Source: Mesotaenium endlicherianum
Taxonomy: Eukaryota
Reading direction: 5' to 3'
Length of the DNA: 44,045 nt
Assembly (NCBI GenBank): GCA_009602735.1
Contig: WELA01003597.1
Span: 237,622 to 281,666 of the forward strand
The notes beneath the pieces were generated by a model. The model did no database searches. It had not been told where the DNA came from and was given only the letters and a program-made list of their open reading frames with translations. A program made the translations under genes and the position numbers. Within the stretch, counting starts at the first letter, position 1, and each line of letters opens with the position of its first letter. Below are positions 1-13,099 of the stretch, piece by piece.

Positions 1-2
1 AC

Positions 3-1335
3 GACGATGACGACGTCGGCGTCGCGAGGGCGCGGCCGCCGCGTCTCGTACGACGGGCGGCGCTCCTGCCCGCTGCCGCCGTCCCCGCCGCCCTGCCTCG
101 CCCACACATCCCGTCCACTCTCCCCAGATTCTTCGTCAGAAAGCCGGCAGCCCCCCATCGCCCTGTTGCTCTTGCTCTTGCTGGTCACCCGCGTCCCGTG
201 CCCTTCTGCTGCTGCAGGCACGCGACTGAGTCCCCCCTTGTCTGAATGCCGGGGGCTCTTGATACGTGCAGAATGGGGCAGTCTCCATCCCGGTGTTCTT
301 TAGCAGAGCCCTCGTACTTGTAGCTGCGGGCTAGCCCTGTCCCCAGTGCTCTCAATCTGAAAAGGAGGAGGCAGAAGCCAAAGGCGCCAGCGGGAGGGCC
401 TCCCCTCTCCCAGCCTCCTCCTCCTCCTCCTCCTCCTCCTCCGCACACCCCCCACTCGATCCTCACAAGCAGCAAGGCTTTCTGGCAGCAGCCCCTGTTG
501 CCAGGTGGCAGCAAGGTGGCCCAGTCTGTCTGGCTGGGAGGAGAGCAGCCCCCTCAGGTTACCCACCAAGGGTCACATGCATGGCTACAACGGCAGTCGG
601 GCGTTTCTTGTTCCGACATCACGCAGGCAGCAACCTCTGCAAGCTGTCCAGAGTGAGGAAGCAGGCCGGCGTGTATCACGAGCAAGGGGTTCGCGAGCAA
701 GGAGGGCAGAGAGAGAGAGAGGGAGGGAGGGAGAGAGAGAGAGAGAGAGAGCTTACAAGAGTGGGCCGGTTCTGCTTCCCCATGGCTGCCGCCAGCTCAG
801 CAGGCAGCTCCGGGTCGTAGTCCTGCGCACAAGGAAGACACCGACGGCGACAGCGCCATCAAAGACCAGCAACATACAGTACACAGCGCTCCCCTCCGTC
901 TACCTACTCCCCTCTCGCCGCATGCTGGTAGAGCCTTCAGTGCCTCCAATGCTTGTACTCCGGGAGCCACAGGCAGAGGCTGGCACAGTTTGAGCACAGG
1001 AGCGACGAGCACGCACACAAACTGGCCAGAGCCACCGGACGGGCTTTCTCACAACACGAGGGTGCAGAAGCACGAGCTAGGAGAGCGGGAGGAGGGTTGG
1101 GGAGGGGCGGGTGCAGTTAGTTCTTCGCCTGGGGATGAGTCTGGGGGCCATGACAGCCTGCCAGCTGGCGACACGGGAAGGGGAGGGCGGGGTGCTGAGC
1201 TGAGGGGTACCTGCTCGGTGCGGCCGCTCTCGTACACACGGATCTTGCTCTGCATGGTGGCCGCCACCCGCAGCCGCGCCTGCTCCCGCTCCCCGTCACA
1301 AATGTGCGCTCCTCCCCCCAATAAGTGAGTGTGTA

Positions 1336-1423
<88 letters not shown>

Positions 1424-3931
1424 GGGNNNNNNNNNNNNNNNNNNNNNNNNNNNNNNNNNNNNNNNNNNNNNNNNNNNNNNNNNNNNNNNNNNNNNNNNNN
1501 NNNNNNNNNNNNNNNNNNNNNNNNNNNNGGGGGGGGGAGCGAGGGAGAGGGAGAGGGAGAGGGAGAAGGAGAGAGGGAGAGAGAGGGAGGGAGATGGAGA
1601 GAGGGGTGTGTGTGTGTGTTCTTTTCTTGGGGGGGGGGGCGCCCACCAGCACGCGGCAGTAGTCCTTCCAGGTGCTCTCATTGAAGTCGAAGTTGAAGAA
1701 GTCGGAGACGTCGGCGCCGGGGTGCCGCCACGGCTTTTCCTCCAGCGCCTCCAGGCTGATCTCAAAAACCGTCCTGCTCACTTGTCCGCACATGCATGCT
1801 TGCACAGGGTGAGTATGGGCGCATCCGCCCACCCCCAGGCACCGGCCCCCCAGAACGACGTTGACCACCGCCGCGCGCTTTGTGGATGCTCCCACATCCA
1901 CGCGGGCATGGTTACTCTCCCCGGGGAGTGGGAATGCAAGCACCCGGAGCGGCAATGCCCACGAGGTCGGCCCCAGTACAGGGAGGCAGAGGGAGAGGCT
2001 TCTGAAATGAAAGTGGCGAGACGACGACACCTCTCACCACTGACACCCTGAAGTGGCTGAGCCTCACGAGGGCTTCCCTCAACGCCGCCCAGCTCTGAGA
2101 ACAGAGAGACTGGAGCAGAGCATCGCAGGTGGATGTCCACAGCAGCAAGAGGCCTGCTTCTTTGCAATCTACCACACTGAAGCTTTCCAGAGATGTCGCG
2201 CCGCCCGGGCGGTGGCGCGCGCATGCCCGCATGCCACGCGATGCTGGAGGGGTGGCAGCAAGTAGCGCTGGGCGCGCGCTGGCACACAACTTAGGGGGCA
2301 AGAGGAAAGGGGGGGGGGGGGGGNNNNNNNNNNNNNNNNNNNNNNNNNNNNNNNNNNNNNNNNNNNNNNNNNNNNNNNNNNNNNNNNNNNNNNNNNNNNN
2401 NNNNNNNNNNNNNNNNNNNNNNNNNNNNNNNNNNNNNNNNNNNNNNNNNNNNNNNNNNNNNNNNNNNNNNNNNNNNNNNNNNNNNNNNNNNNNNNNNNNN
2501 NNNNNNNNNNNNNNNNGGGGGGGGGGGCGAGCTCACTTGGAGGGCGGCAGAGAGAATTCCCACCCGCTGCCACCTCGCCCCATACCCCTGCCACCTGCCA
2601 TGCCGTACGAAGGCCTCCCCGCACCGCCACCTGGCGGGCCCTGGCCATAGGGCACAGGCCCGTCTGGTCCCACTCCCGGCCTCACATACTGCAACCACCC
2701 CCGCCCCCCCCAGAAGAAGCCACCACCACCACCAGCAGCAGCAGGAGCACCAGCCGTCCATTGCCAGCACCAGCACCAGCACACGCACACACACGCGTTT
2801 CCATGCCATCAGTAACAGAAGGTGAGCGCGACATGGGGTGCGCGCCCCTGCATCTGTGCAGCCAGACCCTGCATTGCAGGCCAAGCTGGCTTAATTTATC
2901 ACCGGATGAAACAAGTACAATGAAGAAAACAATAATAAAAGATACTGAACCCCACTTTGAAGAAGTCACAACATGCAGCTCCACCAGAACCTTAGGGCGC
3001 CGGAATGTACCTTCATGTGCGGGGACTGCATCTGCAGCCCGGGCGGCGGTGTGTAGGCACCCCTGCCAGCTGGCGGGGCACGGGGAGCGGGGGCGCCAGC
3101 AGCAGCATCTCCATTGGCTGCTGGAGCAACAGCTGTCACAGCTTCGACAGGCTCGCCCCCCTGCTCTGCTCCCACCTCCTCCTGAGACTGATTCCAGGTG
3201 TCGGCTGCAGGCTGCTCTTCGTTGAGAACAATATTCAACCCGTCATCCTCGTCGTCCTCGCTGTCGTCCTCTCCTCCCTCCACATTATTATTCTCCGCCC
3301 GAGGCCAGAAGGGCTGGCGAGGCTTCTCGTTAAGCACTATGTTGAGAGCGTCGTCGTCGTCGTCGTCCTCGCTCTCCTCTGCCTCTCGCTGGTCGCCATC
3401 GTCCCCAGCCTGTTTGCTTGAACTGCCGTCAGTTCTTGTGCTGCCAGGCCCTCCCACAGCTAAGGGAAAACTTCCTACTCCTAGACCAGGGACTGTCAGC
3501 TGCTGCCCGGCAGATGGGTAAAACCCTGTTCCAGCGGCAGGGTAGGGAGTCGCCGCATTTGCAGTGCCTGGGAAACCAGGGGTAGGGGCAGGAGCCACTG
3601 AAGCGGCGGGGGGCACACCAGGATGTGATGCACCCCCATTGGCCCCAGATGGCTGTTGCAAGGGCGGGATGTCAGAGGGAGGCTTCGATAAATCACCATA
3701 CAGCTGCCCATACAGTTCCTCCTCCTCCTCTTCCTCCTCTTCCTCCTCTTGACCATTTCTAGACAGAGCCAGAGGATTATTCGAGAGTTTATTATTCACG
3801 CCATTAAAGGGATTCTCCGCGTAGATACCACCTTGCGCCTGGGCGGACAAATCCACGTCCGCGGGCTCATACTTGGCAACTTGGGCAGGACCCAGGTCGC
3901 CGTACAGGTCCCCAATATCATCGTCCTCCAT
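3..3931 (-). CDS. FIP1: FIP1-like pre-mRNA polyadenylation factor (CPSF subunit, plant FIP1[V]/FIPS5 type); 5' part, gene continues past the window start
   Basis: Exons (minus): 3931-3011, 2688-2537, 1773-1647, 1279-1211, 822-757, 92-3; GT-AG boundaries and frame are continuous. Starts MEDDDIGDLYGD (ATG at 3931). Continues MKYVRPG...[48 protein letters not shown] (Fip1 motif), then ATMQSKIRVYESGRTEQDYDPELPAELAAA and ERRPSYETRRPRPRDADVVI, all matching blocks I recognise from plant FIP1. An extra exon between 756 and 93 cannot be excluded. Confidence 0.93.
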
Positions 3932-4587
3932 ATCTTCCAACGTCCTTCCTTGCCCACTAAACTAGGTACATGTTAAAATATGTGAAAATGGACCGATCCA
4001 GCGTTCGTTGCGAGTCATTTCTTCGTACCACTTCTTGTTATTGTTTATTACTGGCAAGCACAAGTGCTGTCGTTAAAGTTGTAAACCTCGGGCCTGATCC
4101 AAACCAGAAGCCACGATGTCGTAAAGGTCGTTCGACGGCAGCGTCTAACAGCGCCAACGTGGACGTCAACATAGTGATCGGAGTGTAACCTCATGAATGT
4201 CGCAACGTGAACGCGGTCAGCCGTGCAGCGTTACCTATCCACTCACATTACCGTTGCTATAATCAAACCTCCTCTCCTTGACCATTATAATGGCCATCCA
4301 TCCAGGACACCAACTGTATACTTCTTCACAGTCAAAGTGATTACACTGTCCTCGTCGCCCTTGCTGAGCTGGTCTTGGATGACAAGCACCTTCACAAGGG
4401 CTAAATTAGTGTGTACGGAGTGGCTCCACAGGGTGCACGCGAGAAAGTATTGTTAGTGCTTATATATTCGTCTACACGTCCGAGGGCTCCTATCAGCAGT
4501 TCTTGCCAAGCTAGTCCTACTCGGCCTACATTTGTTTCTCGAAGAACCCATCGTTCTTGAAAGTTCGCACTTTGTGCATTGTTTGGT
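3932..4587. promoter_or_regulatory. Divergent intergenic region / putative bidirectional promoter between FIP1 and SurE
   Basis: 656 bp, lower GC, between two outward-facing ATGs (3931 minus, 4588 plus). No specific elements were established. Confidence 0.5.
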
Positions 4588-7500
4588 ATGGAAGGTGGGG
4601 AAGGAGATACTAGGCAGGGGAAGCCAGCTATTCTGGTCACCAATGATGACGGCATAACTGCGCCGGGCCTTCGTGAACTTGTGGCTGCACTTGTCAAAAG
4701 GAACACGTACCAAGTCTATGTCTGTGCACCGGATCAGTAAGCGTTTCCCTCCGATGTGTTTCCCCTACTCAGCAGCCTGCATCCTGACTGGCTGTTGTTC
4801 GAGCGTGACTCGTGAGCGGATATCGTTTTGTTGACCACCTACCCCATTTCTCCAACGTGCACTATGGGCTATATATAAACCTGGAGCCAAGTAGCGAACC
4901 AAGTAGCTAGAAGGTCGATCTCATGGGCAAAGTTAGCAACTGTTACTCTACTGCTCGTTCTTCAGCCCTCCTCATTTATTTTTAAAAAGGAAGTCTGACA
5001 AGCATGCGAGCTTGTGTAGCTTAGGACAGTTGGCTAGCATGTACCTTTTCTTGGCGTCTGAATGTCTTATTTCACCTCTGTGTGGCGCCTAGTCGCACAT
5101 TTTGGTATTTGAAGGAGGTATGGCGCCAAGGGCGGTACTAGCCCCGCATTTCATAAACTCCTCTGCGCAGTCAACGATGGTCAACGCTCGTACTCAGCTA
5201 TGAAGAAGCAACACAGAAACCCGATGGTGTGCATTGAATGACTTTCTTGGAAGACATTGCAAAGCCAAATGATGGAAACATTGGGTGTGCAAGCAAGGCC
5301 CATGCGTTTCCTCATAAAAAAGGGGGCCTGGGTGATGCCTTAGAGAATTTTCCGCAGGGGCTCTGCTGGATGCAGACTAGTTGCCTGCAACAAGCAACAC
5401 GAACAAGTAACCCTGTTATGGCTCTCTCTTAAACGTCGGAGGGTTTTCTAGACCCTGTGAGGACTCATTACCAGTGGCCTGCAGTCGGCCACCTGTCAAC
5501 CCCGGGGGGGGAGTCGGTACTGGCTGGGCTAGCCTGTGACGCCAAGTTGGCAGTTCTGGCAAATATGGGAATGGACAGAATGAGCCATCCGAGGGTGGGC
5601 AATAGGCCAGGTGTCCGGCATTGGGCTGACGGCCTGGGAACCTGTGTGCCTGTGAGAGGGGGGGAGCAGGGAGAGGTCGGGCGTGGCGCACTCCTTCACG
5701 CCCCGGGAGACGCTAGAAGTGGGCACTGTCGACATCCCCGGGACTGCCCTCTCCTTTGAGGTTTCAGGTGCACAATGTCATCATCATTATCATCATCATG
5801 CTCTGCAGCTGGCCTCTACGCAGCCAGGCCCATGCATCCCACCCCTTGTGGCCTCTCCATCCCTAGGCCCTGCAGCAGCGAGAGAGGGTCAACCGCTCCA
5901 GCCCTCCAGCAGTCCGATTGAATCCTCTACCTTGTCACGTGCTCGTTCGTTCAAAGCCTCCAGCATTCTCTTCTTTTTTGGAAACCTCAGAACCCCCGAC
6001 ATCAATTGGGCCAGAGAAATGATGGCACCTGCCGACCCTCTGGCGGCTGGGGAGCTGGCAGTCTCTGGTCCAGGTGTCGACAGCCTCTGGCCTGGCTGCT
6101 GGTGCTGTGTGAGCAGGCACGCCCGTGGACTGCGTGTCGCTGGCGCTGTCGGGCCCCCTGCTGCAAGGTGTCAAGCCCGCACTGGTAAGTGCTGCTGCAC
6201 ACTTGGTGGCTCCTCCCGTCAGCGCCGACCTGGTCGCGTGCTTTTCGCGTTGCTCTCCGACGATGAACCACCCGCTTCTTCCCCCTCTTGTTTTTTGAAG
6301 CCCCCCCCCCCTTTTTTTTTGCCTCCTCTTCAGACGTATCCCATGGTAAATGACGCACATGTTGCGCGCGAGGCACACCCTGAGCTGCCTCCGTACATGT
6401 GGTGGGGTGTTGTGGCAAAGCAGGCGGGATGTCGTGCTGTCGTGCTGTCGTGCATGCGCAGTGGGGGGGCGCGGGGGGGAGCGCTTGCGGCCGTGCTTCT
6501 CCTCGCCAACTCGATGCGTGATGCTTGAGGCGGCAAGTGAGTTCGTGTGCGTGTGCGCGTGTGCAGGTGCTGAGTGGGATCAACAAGGGCTCCAATGCCG
6601 GCCTCCACGTGTAAGAACCGCTGCCCCCCCTCCCCCACCCTCTTTCTCCCTCTTCCCAGAGGGATGTTCCTGTCGATAACAGCCGTCTGTGCACACATTC
6701 AGAGATCTCAGCACCATATACAAGTGTGCGTGAGTGTGTGTGTGCGTGTGCACGCGTGACTGTATGTGTGTGTTTGCGTGTGTTTTGTGGTTATCAAGCT
6801 CCTCCTGTACACTTATCGCATAGGGAGACCTCCCAATAGCTTCGACTCTCCTTGCCCGTCCTGGAGAAAACTTCTAGCGCATGCTTGCTAGGTCGGGCAG
6901 GCAAGCCTGAGAGAGGGGACCTCGCTGGCATTGCGTGCATCGTGTGGATTCGTGAGGCCCTGCAATTGACAATCGACGGCCTTACGAGTGCTGGCACACC
7001 AGCCACCGGCCTGCAGCAGCGCCTGGTGTGTCTGTACCCCCCCACTCGTGCGGGGCATTGCGTTGTCGAGCTTAAAACTTGGGGGCTGCCGTTGCGGGGT
7101 GGGTGGGTGGGGAGGCGGGCACAGGCACTACTCCGGGACGGTGGGGGGCGCGCGGGAGGCCTTCATGTTTGGCATCCCTGCCATCGCCTTCTCCCTCGAC
7201 TGGTGCCTCCCTCCTCCCCCCCCACCCTTCCTCAACGCCCTCCCTGTATAGTTCCTCAAAGGAGAGCATGTTGCAGAATCCAGCTGGGTGGAAGAATGGA
7301 GGGAGCCCTGAGAGGAGGTGGCAGACTGAACTATTTTTTGAATGCATGCATTAGGGAGTTTGTCAAGGTGGAAGCCCCAGCGAGGGAGAGGGTGCGGCAC
7401 TGGCAGCGCATTCTTTCGCAGGCTTCTGGGGGCAGCCGGAGGTTCCTCCTGCGACAGACTGGGGGGGGAAGGGGGGGAGGGAGTGGGTAGTGTGCAGTGT

Positions 7501-9988
7501 CGTGAAAGCACTTGCGCTTGCTACTCCCCCTCGGCGGGCTCAGGATGTGTGTGCGATGTGGGGGTTGTATGTGTGAGTGGGCTCCTTTGCCCCATCGCTT
7601 GTTGTTATCCCTAGGCCGTGTGGATGGGATGCACAATTGGAGCTCCTTTTCTCTCTTCCTCCCTATCAAAGAGGCTATAGAATGGGCAGCAGCGCACGGA
7701 CGGCGTGCCCCTTCAAGTTGGGGCCACCTGGGCACGCCTCTCTGCAGGCTCTTTCTCAATATTGTCTCTGAAGTTGCTGCTGCCCCTGATACTCCTCGCC
7801 CTCCTCTTGCGATGATGCACAGTTAACCCGTGTGATCACTTCCCGTCCATCCTCCACCCAGCCCAGCCAGGGCCTCCCCGTGTCTCCCGCGTGCCTTGAA
7901 GCTCAGATTGCGTGGGCAAGGGGTGCAGGAAGTTTGAGTCGGAGCACAGCGAGGACGGCGACTTCGCAGCGGCAGCAGAGGCGTGCATGCCCATCGTGGA
8001 GGCGGCTCTGGGGAGCATCGCCGGCGCCTCCATGCCCTCCTCCTGCTTCTATAGCGTGGACATCCCCTCCAAGCCGGCGCAGGCCAAGGTATGCGGGGGG
8101 NNNNNNNNNNNNNNNNNNNNNNNNNNNNNNNNNNNNNNNNNNNNNNNNNNNNNNNNNNNNNNNNNNNNNNNNNNNNNNNNNNNNNNNNNNNNNNNNNNNN
8201 NNNNNNNNNNNNNNNNNNNNNNNNNNNNNNNNNNNNNNNNNNNNNNNNNNNNNNNNNNNNNNNNNNNNNNNNNNNNNNNNNNNNNNNNNNNNNNNNNNNN
8301 NNNNNNNNNNNNNNNNNNNNNNNNNNNNNNNNNNNNNNNNNNNNNNGCCCGCCCGCCCGCCAGCCTGCCCTTTCCTCTTCTGCCTGGCTCAGCAGCTTGT
8401 GCACTCACTGAGCCGTTGCTACTCTGGGGATGGGGGCTTGGGGGGCTTGTTCTGTTGACGCCATGGGGGGCACGACGGAGCAGGGCACAAAAGTGACGAG
8501 GCAGGGCTCTGCCAGGATCGTGCCCAAGTGGGCCGTGGTCACCAGGCGGCGCTCGGGGGCGCAGATGGCTGGCGGCCCGCCGCATGGCGGCATGCCTATG
8601 GTCATGGGCGCCCAGCTGGCGCAGCTGAGCCTTGCTGCGTCCGCTGCTGTGAGCTTCCGTTGCTTGCCTCTAGCCCCCCCCTCTCTATTTAGTGACACGA
8701 CTGTGCACATTTCGGATTCGTCTGCTCGAGTCCCCGCCCTTCCCTCGTGGTGCGGGGAACCTGCCATAACAGCAGTGTGTTTTTTTGTGGTCTCAAATTG
8801 CCCGCTGCGCACGCAATGCAAGCTCGTCCTTTTGACTCGCCGTAGCATAGGCAGACAGGTGGCGAGGCAGGTGGCAAGTCTGGTGGCGGTTGCTTAGGGT
8901 GACAGCTCCTCGTGCCTGGCCTTGCAGGGCGCAGCGAGGAGGTCGGCGCTGAAGCCCGTGGGGAACCGGGAGGAGGTGGAGTCGACGGGCGGATCGTCGG
9001 GTGCGGGCGCCCCTCCCTCGAAGCAGCACTTCCGCATGGAGGTACGCTTGCGCTCGCGGAACTGCCCTTTCCTCATCAGCCTCGTACTGCATGCCCCTAT
9101 TGCTCGCGCGGTCCACTTGTTTACCGCTCTCTAGTGTCAGCGTTCCTGCCGAGCAACTTCTCCTTTGGGGTGGCGTGGAGGGCCGTTGCTGCGGGTGGAC
9201 AGTTCGTGAACGATGTGTGAGTTACGTGTCTGTCATTTGCAATTATGCAGGCGGGGGCAGAGAAGAGAGCAGAGTGTCGGTTGCAACGTCATGATGAGCT
9301 GTGACATGTCTGATGCATACTGAGCTGGCGACGTGCTTTCTTTCCTGCTGCCTGTCGTGGTGAGCAGCTGAAGAGCTATGAGGGAGGAGAGGAGGATGAG
9401 GAGGTTGACCACGTGGCACTTGCTCAGGGCTGGGTACGCTGACTCCGCTCTCGCATCGTACTGCCTGGTCCTATGCCATGCTGCCAGGTGTCCCTTGGAA
9501 AATTGTTACAAATTTTCCCAGCCGAGTACCTGTGGACATCTCTTTAGGCCTCTCGAGTCTCTGGGCTGTGGAAGGCTCTATCATCTACCTGGCAACGCTT
9601 GTGTTTGTGTTCGTGTGTGTGTGTGTGTGTTGTGTTGCTTGGTGATGTCTTGCGCTTTTGACATGTGAGTGTGTCGAGCTTGATCTACGATGCTTCCAAT
9701 GGTGCAGTTGCAGCTGTTCATTCATATGTTTGAGGGCCTGTACGAGGTCTGTAGAGTGAAATATCAAAGTTGTATGATGTGATCTCTGTGCTGTGCTTGG
9801 GAGTTCTTTATTTTTCTCACAGAAAACACTGTCAGTGGGGTCAACGTGCAGCCTTCCATGTTGAGTAGTTACCAATGCATGTGAATACTTCACCGTGTTT
9901 GCAGATTACGGTGACGCCATTGACATTGAAAAGTGAAGCTACGCCAGATGCTTTGCAAGCAACCCAGGCATGGGTATCAGGCGCCTAG
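4588..9988 (+). CDS. surE: SurE-family 5'/3'-nucleotidase (acid phosphatase), plant type, 10 exons, 341 aa
   Basis: Exons 4588-4736, 5670-5767, 6117-6184, 6567-6610, 7125-7202, 7929-8088, 8484-8648, 8928-9041, 9368-9433, 9905-9988 total 1026 nt, all GT-AG and in frame to TAG. SurE motifs: [57 protein letters not shown]; also the plant-type LAQL...ASAAGAARR segment. Confidence 0.95.
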
Positions 9989-12020
9989 TTTGGATCCTGA
10001 GCACCCACGTATTGGAGTCTGAATGGAATATACTGATGATTCTGTAGCCAGGCAAAGAAGACTAGCCGTGACAAGCATATGCATGTTTCGAAACATCGAA
10101 TCTTATTATTGAAGTAGTTGCAACGATGGAGCTTGCTTAGGTGAAGGAACACCTTCAAGTTGATATTTATCCGTGACTTGCTGCCTCATTCACTCTCCTT
10201 CACTCTAGATGGGGAGGTCCTTTAATTTTGACATTTTACCAAATTGAGATTGGGGTTCTTCTCGTCAGACATGTCTCAGAATTCATTTACACATTTACTA
10301 CTTGGAACATACTTTCTGTTGTGGCACACTCACAACCACAACAAACCTTGTACATGCATCATATGCCTTTTGCATTCCTTCGCAGCTTGCTGCAAGGTCA
10401 ATAGACTGCTCTGAAAAGTATTATTAGCAGATCAGTTACTCTGTCCAACATGTCATAAACGGCCCTATTCTTGATTGATCCATTTTTTTAGGTCCAATAA
10501 TATCATTGACTTGCCGCATGCGTAGCTAGTAGATTACGACGCCATAGAATTGCATGCATAACTTCTCATGCGTCAATATCTCAAGTATAGTCCACTTATA
10601 TAGTTTACCCTCAAGAATTGCGGGCAAATCCTCAACTTGATCAACAATATAGACATCAAGAAAGAATGCGACATGTACATTCACGCAGACAGTTTAGAAC
10701 ATGATATGTTTTGGTCATTTGTAGGGAATATTAACCGCGAGCGATGCTAGCTAGTACCTCAGTGAGCTTCGTGTGGCGTCAAAGTTAAATGGTGTATATC
10801 GATCTGATATCGATGGTCAGGTATTCCGGAGGAAGCTCGGACATTAGCTGGACACCGCTGGTCATCAATCGTGTCAAAAACAAGTCGTCGCACATACCAG
10901 GAAATTGATAGATGGACCAAGATTGACTAAGATGGACCAATTGCGAAGGGATGCGACAGAGGGTCCATATGGGGTCAATGGTCGAGGCGTTTCTCAAAGT
11001 TATGTCAAAGATAGTCAAATCCCGTTGGAGGCCCGTTTGATCGTTGGCGTGCGAGATCGTGCCGTTCGCTCCTCATGTGACGCGACATGACGAAAGAAGC
11101 GAAGGAATGCCAGGAGTGACGTTTAATGACAACTGTACCAGCCAGTACCAGCCCCCTCAGCCCTGGCTTGCCCTCGGCTCCACAAAAAGCACAGAGACGA
11201 AGATCCAATTTCATTCCTTTCATTTGCACCGCAGTTGGCATTCACCCTGCTCTTTGTTTAATTCCACCTAGAATGTCTTTGACGCCATTCTAGGCTTGGG
11301 CCATTCTTCTTGCAGTCTCGGGACTTTTTGAGTTCCGCTCGATCCACAAAGCTTACATTCCATGCCTCACAAACGTGATGCAGCATTCAGTCGCGGTGAG
11401 TGGGATTTCAACTTCACGTTTGGCTTGGTCGTCAACTGCATGCGTAAAGCATTCGTGAAGAGTTAATCTTCTCATTGCTTGTCGGCTGCCAGGCATCCTA
11501 CTTGTTCAACAGTTTAAGACCTGCAGCAGCAGAGGGAGTGATAATTTGGAACGAGACGTCAGCTCCTAGGTATATTCGGCTTGTATATGTGTCGGGGGGG
11601 GGGAGACGGGGAGACGATGGTCTGAGGTAGTTAAAAATGTCTCAGATTTTTTTTAGTTTATTTTGTGCAGGTCTATGGCCAACAACTCCAACAGTTTACA
11701 CGCACAAGTCGGTCGGGGTAGGACGGCTGTGCGGCTCCACCAATCAAGACTGAGTGCCAAACCAAAGAGATACTGCCTCAGGTTCTGCATCGAGCCCCTT
11801 GCGCTTGGGCTGCTGAGCCGCGCGAAGCACGCCCTCTGGTGGCTCCTGCCCCTGTCACTCTGGTTGGGCTGCCTGCTGCACCTGTCCCTGCTGCCGCATG
11901 TGAGTGGCCCCGCCTGTGGGAAGCGACCTGCCCCCCATTACTCTCAGCATGCACTCTCAAGATGTGGAAATGAGCCATTCATTTAGGAGGGTTCAAGGCA
12001 CATATCGATACACTTGCCGC

Positions 12021-12244
12021 GCCACCTGTCCGTTTGAGCACATTGGTCACCTGTTTCTAGCTTACTTGTGATTGAGTGCCACCTGCCTGCCTGGCTGTCA
12101 CCTGCCGGCTGAAGTCATCTGCCCCCTATCTGACTCCTAACCCGTCTCCTGAAGTCCCCTGCCACCTGTCTGCCTCTGATTCACCATCCGTTGGTTGAGA
12201 ATTGAGATAGCTGCCACCTGTTTGCTTCCTAGTTGCCACCTGTC
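12021..12244 (+). repeat. Cluster of about 8 same-orientation GYCACCTG(T/C) motifs
   Basis: Copies at 12021, 12046, 12078, 12097, 12114 (variant), 12161, 12213, 12235. Confidence 0.7.
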
Positions 12245-13099
12245 CGCCTCCTATTTAACGGTCATCAATGAGCTCATCCTGGCCGGAAATTGAGCAAGTG
12301 GGTGCAAACATGGGCATGTATGTGCCTGTAGGTGGCGGAGGGCAGAGACGCGAGTCGGGCTGATCATCCATGGCTGCCGGCGTCGACTCCCCCCCATCCG
12401 CGTCCCTCCCTCAAGGTCACTGCTCTCATTGGACGCTGGCGGTCTCTTTCTTCTGTGTGGCTGGTTGCATGCTTGCGCATCCGTCACCACGTGCTGCCTG
12501 CTTTTGTCTCTAGATCCATGTGCCAGCTGGCGTCAGCTGTCTGGACGGATCAACCCCGCCCCTTCTCAATCAATTTCAACACAAAATTGTATACAACTGT
12601 GAAGAAGTAAGGGAGTTGCCAGGGAAGGGGAAGTAGGTGGAGGGGGGGGACAGGGGGCGNNNNNNNNNNNNNNNNNNNNNNNNNNNNNNNNNNNNNNNNN
12701 NNNNNNNNNNNNNNNNNNNNNNNNNNNNNNNNNNNNNNNNNNNNNNNNNNNNNNNNNNNNNNNNNNNNNNNNNNNNNNNNNNNNNNNNNNNNNNNNNNNN
12801 NNNNNNNNNNNNNNNNNNNNNNNNNNNNNNNNNNNNNNNNNNNNNNNNNNNNNNNNNNNNNNNNNNNNNNNNNNNNNNNNNNNNNNNNNNNNNNNNNNNN
12901 NNNNNNNNNNNNNNNNNNNNNNNNNNNNNNNNNNNNNNNNNNNNNNNNNNNNNNNNNNNNNNNNNNNNNNNNNNNNNNNNNNNNNNNNNNNNNNNNNNNN
13001 NNNNNNNNNNNNNNNNNNNNNNNNNNNNNNNNNNNNNNNNNNNNNNNNNNNNNNNNNNNNNNNNNNNNNNNGGGACAGGGGGCGGGGGGGGGGAGGGTG

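Noticed and set aside
3932..3940. ORF-track start of FIP1 at 3940
   Set aside because: That codon is TTG; the ATG at 3931 gives the expected MEDDDIGDLY N-terminus.
11267..11294. Hairpin as a rho-independent terminator or Helitron 3' end
   Set aside because: The locus is eukaryotic, there is no U tract, and no CTRR terminus follows at the usual distance after the stem.
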